Part shown: positions 38,537 to 52,014 of the stretch, one piece after another
How the letters are laid out: each line of letters starts with the position of its first letter
Numbering within the stretch: position 1 is the first letter of the stretch
Assembly: GCA_951406725.2 (NCBI GenBank)
Contig: OX597831.1
Span: forward strand, 34,968,001 to 35,032,000
Reading direction: 5' to 3'
DNA from: Octopus vulgaris
Taxonomy: Eukaryota
Length of the DNA stretch: 64,000 nucleotides
Notes under the pieces: generated by a model
Seen by the model: the letters and a program-made list of their open reading frames with translations, nothing else
What the model was told of the DNA's origin: nothing
The model's database searches: none
Program-made: the position numbers and the translations under genes

Positions 38537-41500
38537 CTACAAAGAAAAAATATATATAACAAAACTTAATTAGGCGTAGGAGCGGCTGTGTGGTAAATAG
38601 CTTGCTTACCAACCACATGGTTCTGAGTTCATTCCCACTACATGGCGCCTTGGGCAAGTGTCTTCTACTATAGCCTCGGGCCAACAAAAGCCCTGTGAGT
38701 GGATTTGGTAGACGGAAACTGAAAGAAGCCTGTCGTATATATATATGTATGTTTGTGTGTCTGTGTTTGCCCCTCCAACATCACTTGACAACTGATGCTG
38801 GTGTGTTTACATCCCTATAATTTAGCGGTTCGACAAAAGAGACCGAGAGAATAAGTACTAGGCTTACAAAGAATAAGTCCTGCGGTCGATTTCCTCGACT
38901 AAAGGTGGTGCTCCAGCATGGCCGCAGTCAAATGACTGAAACAAGTAAAGAGTAGGTGCACACAGAATAACAATAATTGAAGAACAAAAACATATCCATT
39001 TATTCTGAGTATGTCCTGGCAGAATCAAATACGAAGATATGATTTGTTGTTGTCTTTCGTCATTGGAGAAAATTTCCTCTATTTAGACATGTGAGTTCTC
39101 AGCCAGGCTCCATATAAGGTTTTATTGTTAAAATTTATCTGCAATCAAATGATTACAATACACAAAATATTAAAAAAAATTTTTTTATGCAAGTCCTTAA
39201 AATAATGGTTTCAATTTTGGCGAGTGGTCAGCAGGTTTTGGGGAGGGGCTAAGGCGATTACATCAATCCCAGTCTTCAACTGGTATTTATTTTATTGACC
39301 CCGAAAGGATGAATGGCAAAGTCGACCCTGGCAGAATTCGAACTCAGAACGAAATGCTCAGCATTTCACCCAGTGTGCTAATGATTCTGCCAGCTCATCG
39401 CTTGAAACAATTCCTTATAGTAATGGAGTATAAAAAATATAATAGGACTGTTTTAAATACTGAATGTCTATGAGGGGCTTAGATGATGTATGTTCATTAT
39501 ACATGTGTTTCACTGGTGTGAGAGGATATTAAAGACACTGCATATTGAAAATGAACAAACTGATTATGGTTTGAAATTTCATTTTTGCATGCACCTTACA
39601 AATTATTATCTGAGGGGAATATATCAAAATATTGGTCTGGTCTAGTCTTTGGTAGGTCCTATGCATGTGGACCTTCTCCAACACTAATTACACAATCTGG
39701 GAGGGCTCATACCCTCCCTTGCCACCACTGAATAGATTACTGGAACTTTGGCAGCCATGACTAGACATAGGATACTGAATTGGTTTTCTGTTGCCTTCTC
39801 AAGAAAGGTGGGATTTGAACTCAGAATTTAGAGAGCTGAAAGTTATACCATAATTATAACATTACCTACACATCATCATCATCATCATTTAACGTCCGCT
39901 TTCCATGCTAGCATGGGTTGGACGTATGACTGAGGGCTGGCGAACGAGATGGCTGCACTAGGCTTCAATCTTGATCTGGCAGAGTTCCTGCAGCTGGATG
40001 CCCTTCCTAACGCCAACCACTCCGAGAGTGTAGTGGGTGCTTTTACATGCCAACAGCACAGGGCCAGTCAGGCGGCATTGGCAACGACCTCACTCGAATC
40101 TTTTACACATGTCACCAGCACAAGAATAATGTGTGTTAGGAGATAGATAGATAGACAGACAGATATGTCCCCATCAGTCTTACAAATCTAAGGGACTCTA
40201 CAAAACTTATTAGACACTGGACTTCCCTCTCCATTTGAAATCCTATTTGAATTGCTTTGTGTGTGTGTCACCACTATTCAAGGGAATTCTACTGACTCCT
40301 GTTTTCTCAGCTCGTTCCATTCTTACTTCATGGTTGAGACATCAACAATACAAGGAGCAGTTAAATATTGAAAAACCTTGGTAGACTTTGAACTCAGATG
40401 AAGGAAAGGGTTGTCTCACTGTGCAAATTTGTAAATTTACTTTATATTAGACCGTCTCATTGTTTTTCAATATTTAACTGCTCCTTGTATTGTTCACGGC
40501 TCAACCATGAAGTAAGAATGGAATGAACTGAAAAAACAGGAATCAGCAGAATTCCCTTGAATAGTGGTGACACACACATGAAGGAAATGCCACTTAACAT
40601 TTTTGCCCAGCATGCTAACAATTCTGCCAGTTTGCTTCCTTAAATATAAATATTGATTTCAAATTTTGGCTCAAGGCCAGCAACTTAGATGGGAGGGGAT
40701 AAATCAATTACATCAAACCCAGTGCACAACTAGTACTTATCTTATCAACCCCAAAAGGATGAAAGGCAAAGTTGACCGTAGCAGAATTTGAACTCAAATC
40801 ATAAAGACAGATGAACTGCTGCTAAGCATTTCACCTGACCTGCTAACAATTCTGCCAGCTCTCCACCTCAGTCATCATCATCATCGTCAACATCATTTAA
40901 TGTCTGCCTTCCATGCTAGCTTGGATGGGATGGTTTCACAAGGGCTGGCCAGGCAGAAGCCTGCACCAGACTTCTGTGACTGTTTTGGCAGGATTTTTAC
41001 AGCTGGATGCCCTTCCTAACACCAACCACTCAGCAGAGTGGACTAAATCAATTTTAACAACATCATCGTTTAACTTCTGTTTTCCATGCTAGCATGGGTT
41101 GGACAGTTTGACTGGGATCTGGGAAGCGAGGAGGCTGCACCAGGCTCCAGTGTGATCTGGCAGTGTTTCTACAGCTAGATGCCCTTCATAACAACAACCA
41201 CTCCGTGAGTGTAGTGGGTGCTTTTTATGTGCTGGCACATGAGCCAGAGGAGGCTGGCAACAGCCACGATCGGTTGGTGCTTTTTATGTGCCACCGGCAC
41301 AGAAGCCAGTCAAGGTGGTGCTGGCATCGGCCACGTTTGGATGGTGCTTTTTACGTGCCACCAGCACGAGGATCACAACTACAATTTCCATTTGATCTTC
41401 ATTTTGATGATGTACTTGACTCAATAGGTCTCCTCAAGCACAGCATGTCGCCCTACAATCCAAGGTACTTTTGAATGGGCTGGAGCTGGTACTTTTTATG

Positions 41501-42807
41501 CGAGAATCTCCTATACATAATTCCTCAAACAAAGATTCAAAAGTAATATATATGAGGAGCTTACTTTCAAAACAGGTGTAAGTGCATATTTGGTTGATTC
41601 CATGACAACCATTAAAACACAATCTGCAAGCTGCTGGCTTCACACACATGGAATTTATTTCAGTCAAACTGGGAATAGATGCCGTATAAACAGTAGACAA
41701 ATCTTAGTTTTCCAATTAAAATCAGACATATTCAGGTTGTTTCCTCAATTACTCAAAAGTCATTCTGAAGCATATTTCTGGTTTTTAAAGTAAGCTCTCC
41801 ATATGCAAGCATGGCTGTGTGGTAAGAAGCTAGCTTGCTTCCCAATCACATGGTTCCGGGTTCAGTCCCACTGTGTAGAACCTTGGGCAAGTGTATTCTA
41901 CTATAGTCGCAGGCTGACCAAAGCCTTCTCAGTGGATTTGGTTGACAGAACTGAAAGAAGCTTATCATATAAGTATGTGTGTGTCTTTGTGTTTGTCCCA
42001 CCACCACCACCACTCGACAACTGGTATTGGTGTGTTTGTGTCCCCAGCAGTTTGGCAAAAGAGACCGGTAGAATACGTACCAGACTTAAAAAGAACTACT
42101 GGGGATTGGTTTATTCATTTGACTAAAAATTCAAGGCTGTGCCCCAGCATGGCCACATTCTAAGGACCGAAACAAGTAAAAGATAACTCTGCAAATATGA
42201 TTCACCAGAACTTCCAATTAGTATATATGCTTTATTGAAAATAAAACATCTTTCTTTTACTCTTTTATTTGTTTCAGTCAATTGACTGCAGCCATGCTGG
42301 AGCACTGCCTTTAGTCAAACAAATCAACCCCAGGATATATTCTTTGTAAGCCTAATACTTATTCTATTAGTGGTTTGGAAAAAGAGTCCAATAGAATAAG
42401 TACTAGGCTTACAAAGAATATATCCTGGGGTTGATTTGTTCGACTAAAGGCAGTGCTCCAGCATGGCCACAGTCAATTGACTGAAACAAGTAAAAGAGTA
42501 AAAGAAAGATGTTTTACTTTCAATAAAGCATATATACTATATATATATATATATATACGAAGGGCTTCTTTCAATTTCTGTCTACCAAATCCACTCACAA
42601 GGCTTTGGTAGATGCTACAGTAGAGGACACTCACCCAAGGTGCCATGCAGTGGGACTGAACCCGGAACCATGCGGTTGGGAAGCAAGCTTCATACCACAC
42701 AGTCACTCCTATGTACATACATTTGATTACTGGAACATACAAATGTGCTTCACAAAGACACAGCCTGAATTTTAAACCATTTTGAACACTTATTTAGAAT
42801 TACTTAC

Positions 42808-42912
42808 CCTACAAAGATATTCTTCTTTAGGGGCCGTTAATTGACTGTTTATGGACCTTAATCCCAGCAACATTTCCTCTGTTGTCAACCAACCTTTTTT
42901 ATCAGCGTCTCC
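42808..42912 (-). CDS. EF-hand protein exon containing the EF-hand loop
   Basis: tttAG|GGA...AGG|GTaag; GDADKKGWLTTEEMLLGLRSINSQLTAPKEEYLCR; DADKKGWLTTEE fits DxDxxGxL/IxxxE; phase 0 to 0. Confidence 0.87.
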
Positions 42913-44087
42913 CTAAAAAGCAAACAGAAAAGGAGTCACTTACTCATAGCTTGTTTAAATATTATTGGTTTTGATGAGAGAAAGCATGGATGTGTTATTA
43001 AAGATAAGTTTACTCTGTGACTCCACAGCATGGTGCTTTGTGTGAGTGTCTTCTACCAAAGATTTAAGACTGAAATTTGAAGGCAAAAACTATACAGAAG
43101 CCTCTCAGATATGTATGTATGAGTAAGTGTGTGTGTCTGTGTAGACATACTACGATGATTGCAAGTGAGCATCACTGACTTATAAGCAAAGTTGTTCGTT
43201 TCCAGTCTTCCTCTGTATCTACTATGGTGCTCATATTTCTTGCATACAGACCATACATCTTTTTTTCCTTTCCATGTTATTAGTTCTTTCATGTTCCTTT
43301 CCTCTTTAAGTTTTTTCTTTCTTTACACAATTCTCAACTATGATGATGCTGGACATCTTCATGTGTTTCACCAATGGTTCCACAGCATTTTTTACACACC
43401 ACCCTAAGCTGTTTTCCTCTGTTTCAACATGTCCTCACAACTAATCAAACCTCTCCCACATTATCTTCTGGGAAAGTACAACCTATCAGTACCTCTCTCT
43501 TGGAATAGAAAGCTCCATGCACCGTCAATACTTTCCATGTCATTGTATCCATGCTCATCAGTTCTTTCTTCTGCAAATTTATGATTCCAGCCCTATACCA
43601 AAGTGATGCTATTGCCCTTGTATTTACTGCTTGGATTTTATTTCATCCAGTCAATTTTGAGCACAATACCAATCTTAGTCTTCAGAAATATTCTTTCCTC
43701 AGCTGTTCTTCCATTTCCTTCTTCTATATTATCATTATTATTTTCATCCTTTCAGTATTAATGAAATAAATACCAGTTGATCCCAGGGGTCACTGTAATC
43801 AACTTTCTACTTATAGTAGTAAAGATTAAACTTATTATTATTATTATTATGAGAGTCATAAGAATTTGCAGAACATCGCACAAAGCATTTCACATTTCTC
43901 TGTCCCAACATACTGGGTCCTCTGAGTTCTTAGTTCAAATCTAGCTCGAATCAACTTTGTTTCTCATCCTTCTAAGGTCAATAAGTTAAATAACAGTTGA
44001 ACACACAGGAGGTGGTGGGGGGAGTATAATCACTATAGTCTTGTGCTTGTGTAAAGATATCATTATGATTAAGAAAGCAATACAAAC

Positions 44088-44158
44088 CATTTCAAATATT
44101 CTTCTGTACACATCCCAGCTCTCCTTGTTAAAAATACAATACTTGGCAAGAAAGCCAT
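44088..44158 (-). CDS. EF-hand protein exon
   Basis: ccaAG|AT...ATG|GTttg; (Y)GFLAKYCIFNKESWDVYRRIFEM supplies the helix entering the EF-hand; phase 1 to 0. Confidence 0.82.
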
Positions 44159-44848
44159 CTTGGATGAGAGACAGCAATGGCGATGAAAAAGAAAACAACA
44201 ACACAAATATAAAAACAAATAAAAGGAAGCAAAAAAAAATAATTTAGAAATGATTAATTGAAATCAATAAAATTGGTAATAGAATACACATTTGATATCA
44301 CATAGTATTCATTTCTGTATCTGGTAACATGTACAGCACGGATAACAGACAAATGATTATAATTCACTAAAGATCTGATAAAATATATATCACAGCTTAA
44401 TGGCAGCTGTCAGACTTTATGAAATATAAGAATATTTTGGAAATATTAATTTATTTTACCTCTCTCCATAATCCATCCCCATCTATGGATGTGTGTGTGT
44501 GTGTGTGTGTATCACACACATTCTCTTGTATGTGTGTGTGCATGTGTATACATTTGCATATGAATACATGTAAGTCGATATCCATTTAAAAATCTGACAT
44601 TAGTACTTAAAAGACTAGTTTCTCTTGAGATTTAAAATCATCCCAATATATAATCATGTGTGTGTGTGTGTGAGAGAGAGATAAAAAGAGAGTGAGTGGG
44701 TGATTGCATGTGTATGTATCTAGCTAGCTAGACATACAGACAGATAGTGAAGTAGCAGTTTTATACTTGACAACCAACATACATACACACACACACACAC
44801 ACATACATAGGTAGAGTAATATGCTTTATTAGAAAGCAGCAGAAACAT

Positions 44849-44897
44849 CACAAAAACTGTTACTCAGAGTTTCACGTTCCTGTTCAGACAGTTTTGT
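44849..44897 (-). ncRNA. degenerate type-I hammerhead motif (core deletion) between inverted arms
   Basis: minus: aaaactgt-CTGA(3-nt gap)-aca ggaa cgt-GAAA-ctc t gag-TA-acagtttt; 8-bp stem I. Confidence 0.5.
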
Positions 44898-45403
44898 TTA
44901 GAATGGAACAGAAATTTGTGATATTTCTGCTGCTTTTTAATAAAGCATATTACTCTACCTCTGGTATTCAAGTACTATTTTTTCCACCATGTTTCGTATT
45001 TATGTGCTTACTCCTGTATATATAAACATATATATACATATGTATAACATAAACAAATGCAGGTGAAAAGAGTGAGAGAAAGTTGTGGCGAAAGAGTTAG
45101 CAGAAGTTCGCTATTACCTTTTGCTGGAGACATGTGGAGCTAAGGTGTTTCGCTCATAAACACACACATCGCCCGGTCTGAGATTTGAACCCACGATCTC
45201 TCAACCACGAGTCCGCTGCTCTAACCACTAGGCCGTGTGCCTCCACTCTGACTAGTAATAAAGGAGTGGAATTGAACCAATGTGTGTGTGTGTGTTATTA
45301 ATATTGGTGTAATGATTCTCCCTAGACACGTGAATTCACAGAAAGAATCTTGCAAACCAAATACAAAAACAAAATGAAATATAAACCCATAAATTAAACT
45401 TAC

Positions 45404-45703
45404 AGTCCTCGAAATGTGGTCCTCGACTTTCTTTCGTTGCCAGCTGCAACTGTCTCTTTTGGTTCATTTTATCCAATAACTTCTTCCTTCTTCTTTCTGC
45501 TGCTTCTGAAGGATCAAAATATTGCATGTGGCCCCTAGGTTTGCCATATTTCGAAGGTTGCTGCTCCACTATTGTTACAGACTTTATGAGTGACGCCTTG
45601 CTTGTTTTTCTCTTAGAATTTTCCAATTTCCCATTGGTACTTACAGCAGGGTTATCATCTGATGGAGGCACACTTAACTCTTGGTTTTCTTCTTCCGAAA
45701 TTA
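45404..45703 (-). CDS. EF-hand protein exon
   Basis: tacAG|TA...T|GTaag; ISEEENQEL...AAERRRKKLLDKMNQKRQLQLATKESRGPHFED; 300 nt open; phase 1 to 1. Confidence 0.85.
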
Positions 45704-45763
45704 CTGTAAACATAAATATATAAATAATTAAATAAATACATAAATAAAAAATAATTAATTTAA

Positions 45764-46205
45764 GCCTTTCACATTCAGATTACTCTGTCAAATTTAACCC
45801 TTTAGTGTTTAAACCTGCCATATCCGGCCCAAATATTCTACATGTTTTATATTCAAACTGGCCATATCTAACCTCTCACACCTAACCTACAGTGACATTC
45901 TAAAAATAAACAATTACATCATTGAAACCTCAAAGCTATAAGATAATGCATGATTAATTCAAAACAATTCGAGCGAAAAAGTATTACATTTAATAGAGTA
46001 ATCTGAACACTAAAGGGTTAATGCTTATTTATTCATTGTTTTGAATTAGCCACGAATTGTCTTGTAGCTTTGAGATTTCTATAATAGGATTGTTTATTTT
46101 TAGAATGACATTGAAGGGTAGGTGTGAGGGACCAGATCTAGCCAGTTTGAACATAAAACATGTAAAGTATTTGAACTGGATATGGCAGGTTTAAATACTA
46201 AACGG
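45764..46205. mobile_element. second piggyBac-type MITE family, one copy (45798-46017) nested at a TTAA inside an oppositely oriented copy
   Basis: inner TTAA|CCCTTTAGTGTT...AACACTAAAGGG|TTAA; the outer halves rejoin into the reverse complement of the inner; related copy at about 1008-1380. Confidence 0.8.
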
Positions 46206-47096
46206 TTAAGCATTAAGATTATTATACAGGGAAGAAATCTTTATGAAATAGATGAACTACAAAAGATGAATAATGCAGAGTTAGTGAACCCTTTAGTTGC
46301 CATATTTCTGTGATACAAATTTCCTGTTTAAAAGTGATCTGAACTAAAACCTATCAAAATTTCATGTTGGTTTATGTTTCAAATACCATTCAATAAAGAC
46401 AAACTTATTTTACATTTTTTTTTTTTTGATGACTCAGTTTCTTTTTTTTTTTTTTCTCGAAAGCCTTGTGAGTGTATTTGGTCGGCGGAAACTGAAAGAA
46501 GCCCGTCGTATATATGTATTTATATATGTTTGTGTGTCTGTTAGCCCCCCACCAACATCGCTTGATAACCGATGCTGGTGTGTTTACATCCCCGTAACTT
46601 AGCAGTTCAGCAAAAGAGACTGATAGAATAAGTACTAGGCTTATAAAATATAAGTCCTGGGGTTGATTTGCTCGACTAAAGGCGGTGCTCCAGCATGGCC
46701 ACGGTCAAATGACTGAAACAAGTAAAAGAGTAAAATTGTATATGTTTTATTAACAACAGGACGAAAAGAAAGAAAATAAACCATTAAAAGTATTAAAAAG
46801 ATCAAATTATTGAGGAAATAAGCCAATAACTACCTCACTAAGGGAACACAGAAAAAGAAAAAAGGTTGGGTGGATTGAGTAGCAGGACATGTGGTGGGGA
46901 GAGACTAATGGGGTCATATACCTCAGAAACAAATGGCATGTTTAGCATATTTAGCAGACATGATTGCAAAGGCATTACAAAGAAGAATGGCCAGTGACTT
47001 GCTACAAGAGCCACCCCACTTTGCAGGGTTTGTTTCTCAGACAGGCTACAGTTACCCCAATTTCAAAAGGGTTTAGATAGGGTTATAATTTAAGCT

Positions 47097-47395
47097 GTGG
47101 AGGCACATGGCCTAGTGGTTCGAGCAGCGGACTCACGGTCGAAGGATCGCGGGTTCAAATCTCAGACCAGGCAATGTGCATGTTTATGACCGAAATACCT
47201 AAGCTCCACGCGGCTCCGGCAGAAGGTAATGGCGAACTTCTGCTGACTCTTTCGCCACAACTTTCTTACTCTTTCCTCCTGCATCTTACTGCTCACCTGC
47301 GATGGACCAGCGTCCTGTCCAGGTGGGGAACCTTTACGCCAAGGAAACTGGGAAACCGGCCCTTATGAGCCAAGCATGGCTCAAGAAGGAACAAA
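47097..47395 (+). mobile_element. tRNA-derived SINE family C
   Basis: A box TGGCCTAGTGG, B box GGTTCAAATCT; copies at 54564-54865(+) and 45060-45246(-). Confidence 0.85.
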
Positions 47396-48623
47396 CGATA
47401 ATTTAAGCTGTCTTCATGAAGCACATCTGCATATTCCTGTACCTCTGAAATTGTATGTAGATGTCATAATCGTGTGAGGCATGCAAAGCATTTCAGCTGA
47501 GCAGAAATATAAATTTAAAAATAGGGGGATTAATATAAAATAATAATAATGAGAGTCAAGACTACCGAAATGTTTGCCAGATGCAACGAAAATTTTAGGA
47601 AAATAAAAATAAGGAATAAGTGGAAATTTTACCAGTGAGTGTGTTAAATTATAAGGCACAAAAAGAAAATGACTCTCTCCAGACACAACAGAATATGCTT
47701 CAATACATGAACTCACATAAAGAATCTTGCAAACCAAATCCCAAAACAAAAGTTAATATAAAAGATATTTAGAAATTATAAACAGCAATTTTTAGCCCAT
47801 TTCATACAAAACTGCCTGAAACTCTGCTAGGTCCTGTGATTCAAACTTCCTATTTAAAAGTGATCCAAGATAAAATCTTCATACCAAAATTTCATGTTGA
47901 TTTATATTCCAAAACACTAAATTAATTCTGACAAAGTTATTTTATTAAATTGTTCGTTATTTTCAAAATTAATTGAAACAAAAAAAATATTGTATATACC
48001 AACAGAAATATGGTAATAAAAGTATAAATATAAGAGATATTTAGACATTATAAGCAACAATATTTTATGTAAATTTACATTTTAATGTTATAAGTATCAA
48101 ATTTGAATGTTAAATGACAGACAGACATAATTAGAAGTACCAATTTTTAATGTAATATTATATCTAAATATTATAAGCAACTAATTTGAGATAGTTTCAA
48201 ATTGGTGCTTAAATGTCTACATTTGAAATTTCACAACATTACTAACAAGACAACCAGTACTCACTAATAATACTATAAACACTACTGCCAATGCCACCAC
48301 CACCACCACTACCACCACAAACCCCTCCCCAATGCTGTTGCTATTTCTGCAAATAATTATTTCTAATTTTGGCACAAGGCCAGCAATTTTGAGCATTATG
48401 GGTAAGTTGATTGCATCAAATTCCAGTCAAATGACTGGTAATTTATTTTATCATCTCTGAAATATGAAAGGCATAGATGACCTGAACAAGACTTGAACTC
48501 AGAATGTAAAGAGCTGGAAGAAATGTTGCTAACCATTGTGTCTGACATGCCAACAATTCTACCAGCTCCCAACCCAAAATTACAAGCCTTGTGCCTAAAA
48601 TAGAAAAGCTTACTATTATTATA

Positions 48624-48682
<59 letters not shown>

Positions 48683-49200
48683 GGCAGCGAGCAGGCAAAA
48701 TCATTAACAAGCCGGGCAAAGTCAATAAAATAAATACCAGTTGAGCACTGGAGTCAATGTGACTCATCCCCTCCCCCAAATGTCAGGCGCTGTGTCTATA
48801 GACGAAAGGAGTATTATCATTATTATTATTAAAGGCAGCAAGTTGGCAGAATTGTTAGCATGCCAGGTGAGATGCTTAGCAGTACCTTGCCAGTCTTTAC
48901 ATTCTGAGTTCAACTTCCGCCGAGGTCAACTTTGCTTTTTATCTTTTTGGTGTTGACAAAATAAGTACCAGTGAAATACTGATTTCAATGTAATCGACTA
49001 GTCCCATCCCAAAGGCCTTGTGCTTTTAGTAGAAAGGATCATTCTGTCGAGGTTGACTTTGCCTTTCATCCTTTCAGGGTCGATAAATTAAGTACCAGTG
49101 AAATACTAGGGTTGATGTAATCAACTTGTCCCCTCCCCACTAAATTTCAGGCCTTGTGACTATAGTAGAAAGGATTATTATTATTATTATTATTATTTAT

Positions 49201-49752
49201 TGTCTTTGCACAGCTTCTAATGCTGGAGATGTACAATGGTGTCATCCATTTACTACCAGTGAACTAAGGTAACACCCGTAATTTTTTGAGCACCATCCGG
49301 AGTATTCAAGCAGTTCCAAGCAGTGCTGTTTTCTGCAAGTGCTCCACCCTTATTGCAGCCCCTATTTGTTCCATGTACTTCTCAAAATTTTTAGTCATTG
49401 TTCCCAGGGCTCCAACAATTATTGGTACTACCACTACCTTTTTCAGCAACCACAACTGCTTAACTTCCCAAGCTAACCTGTCATATCTATCAACTTTTCT
49501 TTCTTCCTTAACAAATACCTTGTTGTCAGCTGGGCATGCTATATCTATGATCCAGCATCGTTTGCTTTCTTTCTCAATTAGCACTATGTCTGGTTTCTTT
49601 TATTTGCTATCTCATGGCTGCACTGAATCATAAAATCCCATAGGATATTTGCATTATCATTTTCGATGATGCCTTCAGGTTTATGTTCATACAACTTTTT
49701 TGCTCTGTCAAGTCCATACTTGTTGCAAAGTGTCCAATGGACAATCCTAGGC
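49201..49752 (-). mobile_element. 3' end of an RLE-type non-LTR element (R4/Dong-like) at a (TAA)n tract
   Basis: ..LIEK..CWIIDIACP..KE..K..RY..L...PIIVGALG...LQKTALLGTA, a restriction-like endonuclease C-terminus; the 3' end abuts (TAA)n at 49175-49200. Confidence 0.85.
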
Positions 49753-49989
49753 TGTTAGCTAGCAGAACTGTAAGTGTTTTGGCCAAAATGCACAGTGCAT
49801 TACTCTTGGCCCCTAATGTTCTGACCTCAAATACTCATATCAGTGTTGGCTTTCACTACTTGGGGTTGAAGAAATTGATTAATCCCTTCTCCCCAAAAAG
49901 ATGGCTGGCTTTGTGCCCAAGAAGAAAAATGACAAATCATTATTATTATCATCATCATCATCATCATTATTCTTATTATTATTACAAAC

Positions 49990-50140
49990 TGTCGTTTGAA
50001 GAAGTGACAACGTCTTCAGGGATGTTGTCTGCTGTGGCTTCACTCTCGGTCACAGGCACCAACTGTTTGACTGCCTCCTTTCCAGATCTGGGCAATTGGT
50101 TCAGTACGCCTGTTTTACGGCTCAATCCTTTGGAAGGGCT
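49990..50140 (-). CDS. EF-hand protein exon (low complexity)
   Basis: tttcAG|AGC...A|GTttg; SPSKGLSRKTGVLNQLPRSGKEAVKQLVPVTESEATADNIPEDVVTSSND; only open frame; phase 0 to 1. Confidence 0.75.
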
Positions 50141-51236
50141 CTGAAATGAAAATTTGTTATAATATCAATTCTGGGTGAGATTATACTGTTTTGCTTATTT
50201 TTGTTTTTAGCAAGAAAACTCTTTAACATTTCAAACTATAAAAATCAATGTAGGTCTATATGCGGATGAGATGCATTCCAGAAATTTTGAGATTTTTTTT
50301 AGGAAAGGCAGTTATGATTGTCTGAGATTACTGTAATCTTAGTATATCATTACCATTTATAGGCACAGGAGTGGCTGTGTGGTAAGTAGCTTGCTTACCA
50401 ACCACATGGTTCCGGGTTCAATCCCACTGCGTGGCACTTTGGGCAAGTGTCTTCTACTATAAGCTTCAGGCCAACCAAAGCCTTGTGAGTATATTTGGTA
50501 GAGGGAAACTGAAAGAAGCCCATCGTATTTATGTATATATATATGTGTGTGTCTGTGTTTGTTCCCCCAACATTGCTTGACAACCGATGCTGGTGTGTTT
50601 ATGTCCCCGTAACTTAGCGGTTCGGCAAAAGACTGATAGAATAAGTACTAGGCTTACAAAGAATAAGTCCTGGAGTCGATTTGCTCAACTAAAGGCTGTG
50701 CTCCAGCATGGCCACAGTCAAATGACTGAAACAAGTAAAAGAGTATACAGTGATCCCTCAACTATTGTGGGTGTTACATTCCAAAACTCAAAATGATTTA
50801 GAACCAACCCCACCACCACCACGAAGTAGAAACAGTACTGTATATTTTTACACAAACAAAATGAGGAGAAATATCCATCAAATGTAAATAATGTACATAA
50901 TTCCTCATCTCTTAAATATAGAACTGTATATTTTTATTTCCTAATTTGTATCTATTTATTTCATTATAAAAGCAAAACAACACCATAGAGGAATTGGCAT
51001 AAAGTTAAATAATAAACTGCGATAGGTGAACCACGACAGGTGAACCGTGGTATGGCAAGGGATTACTGTACATCTAATAAAGTCAACCTTGGTGGCAAAG
51101 TTGATCTCAGTAACATTTGAACTTTGAATGTAAAGGTGAACAGAATGCTACGTAGCAATTTGCCCGGCATGCAAACGATTCTGCTAGTCTGCCACCTTTT
51201 AATCTTAAAAAGGAAAAAAAAAACATTCTTATGTAC

Positions 51237-51415
51237 CAAAGAATTCTCAGGTATTCCATTTTCTCTTGGTTCTTGTCTTCCAGCTTTAATATTTATGCCA
51301 GTTCTTCTTGAAGACAAATTCTCCGCATTATTTTCTTCTAAGGGTTTTTCAGTGATTGGATTTAAAAGAGAAGAGTTTTCTTCCATTTCAGTTCTGTTAT
51401 TACCCTCAGAATATT
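51237..51415 (-). CDS. EF-hand protein exon (low complexity)
   Basis: catAG|AA...TTG|GTac; (E)YSEGNNRTEMEENSSLLNPITEKPLEENN...GIPENSL; phase 1 to 0. Confidence 0.75.
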
Positions 51416-51936
51416 CTATGAGAAAAGAAATTGTAAAAAAAATATTAAAAAAGAAAAAGGAGTGGAATTTATTTATAAATTAAGTTTATTCAAGTAAATA
51501 ACATTTAGTTAAAGATTTTGAACATAGCTTGTTCATTTTACGTTTCTTTTAGCTCTTCATTTCAATATATATTATCAAGACTTTAATTTACAGCTGGATG
51601 CCTTTCCTGTTGCTAACCCTTACACCTTTGCAAAGCAGATTTAATGCTACAAATATTTTAAGTTAGCAGGTACAGCTGATTGTATGGACTTCAATATTTC
51701 AGTGGAACTTACTTAATCAATCCCAGAAGTGTGAGAGGGAAAGCTACCATTGGCAAGATTTGAACTCAAAATAAAATGAGACACAACTATAAATAAGCAA
51801 ATAAAAATAAATATATAGGTTCAAGGTTGAACATCCTGAGAGGAGGGGATTAGTTGATATCATGGACCCCAATGCTTGGTGGATACTTTGTTTTATCAAC
51901 CCCCAAAACATAAAAACCCAACTCACATGTTCTATC

Positions 51937-52014
<78 letters not shown>

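Noticed and set aside
38995-39138. Candidate minus-strand exon after a gcAG acceptor
   Set aside because: Stops in all three frames and not needed for the exon chain
47097-47175. Possible tRNA gene (A and B boxes)
   Set aside because: Continues into a repeated SINE body with copies at 45060 and 54564; no clean acceptor stem or terminator
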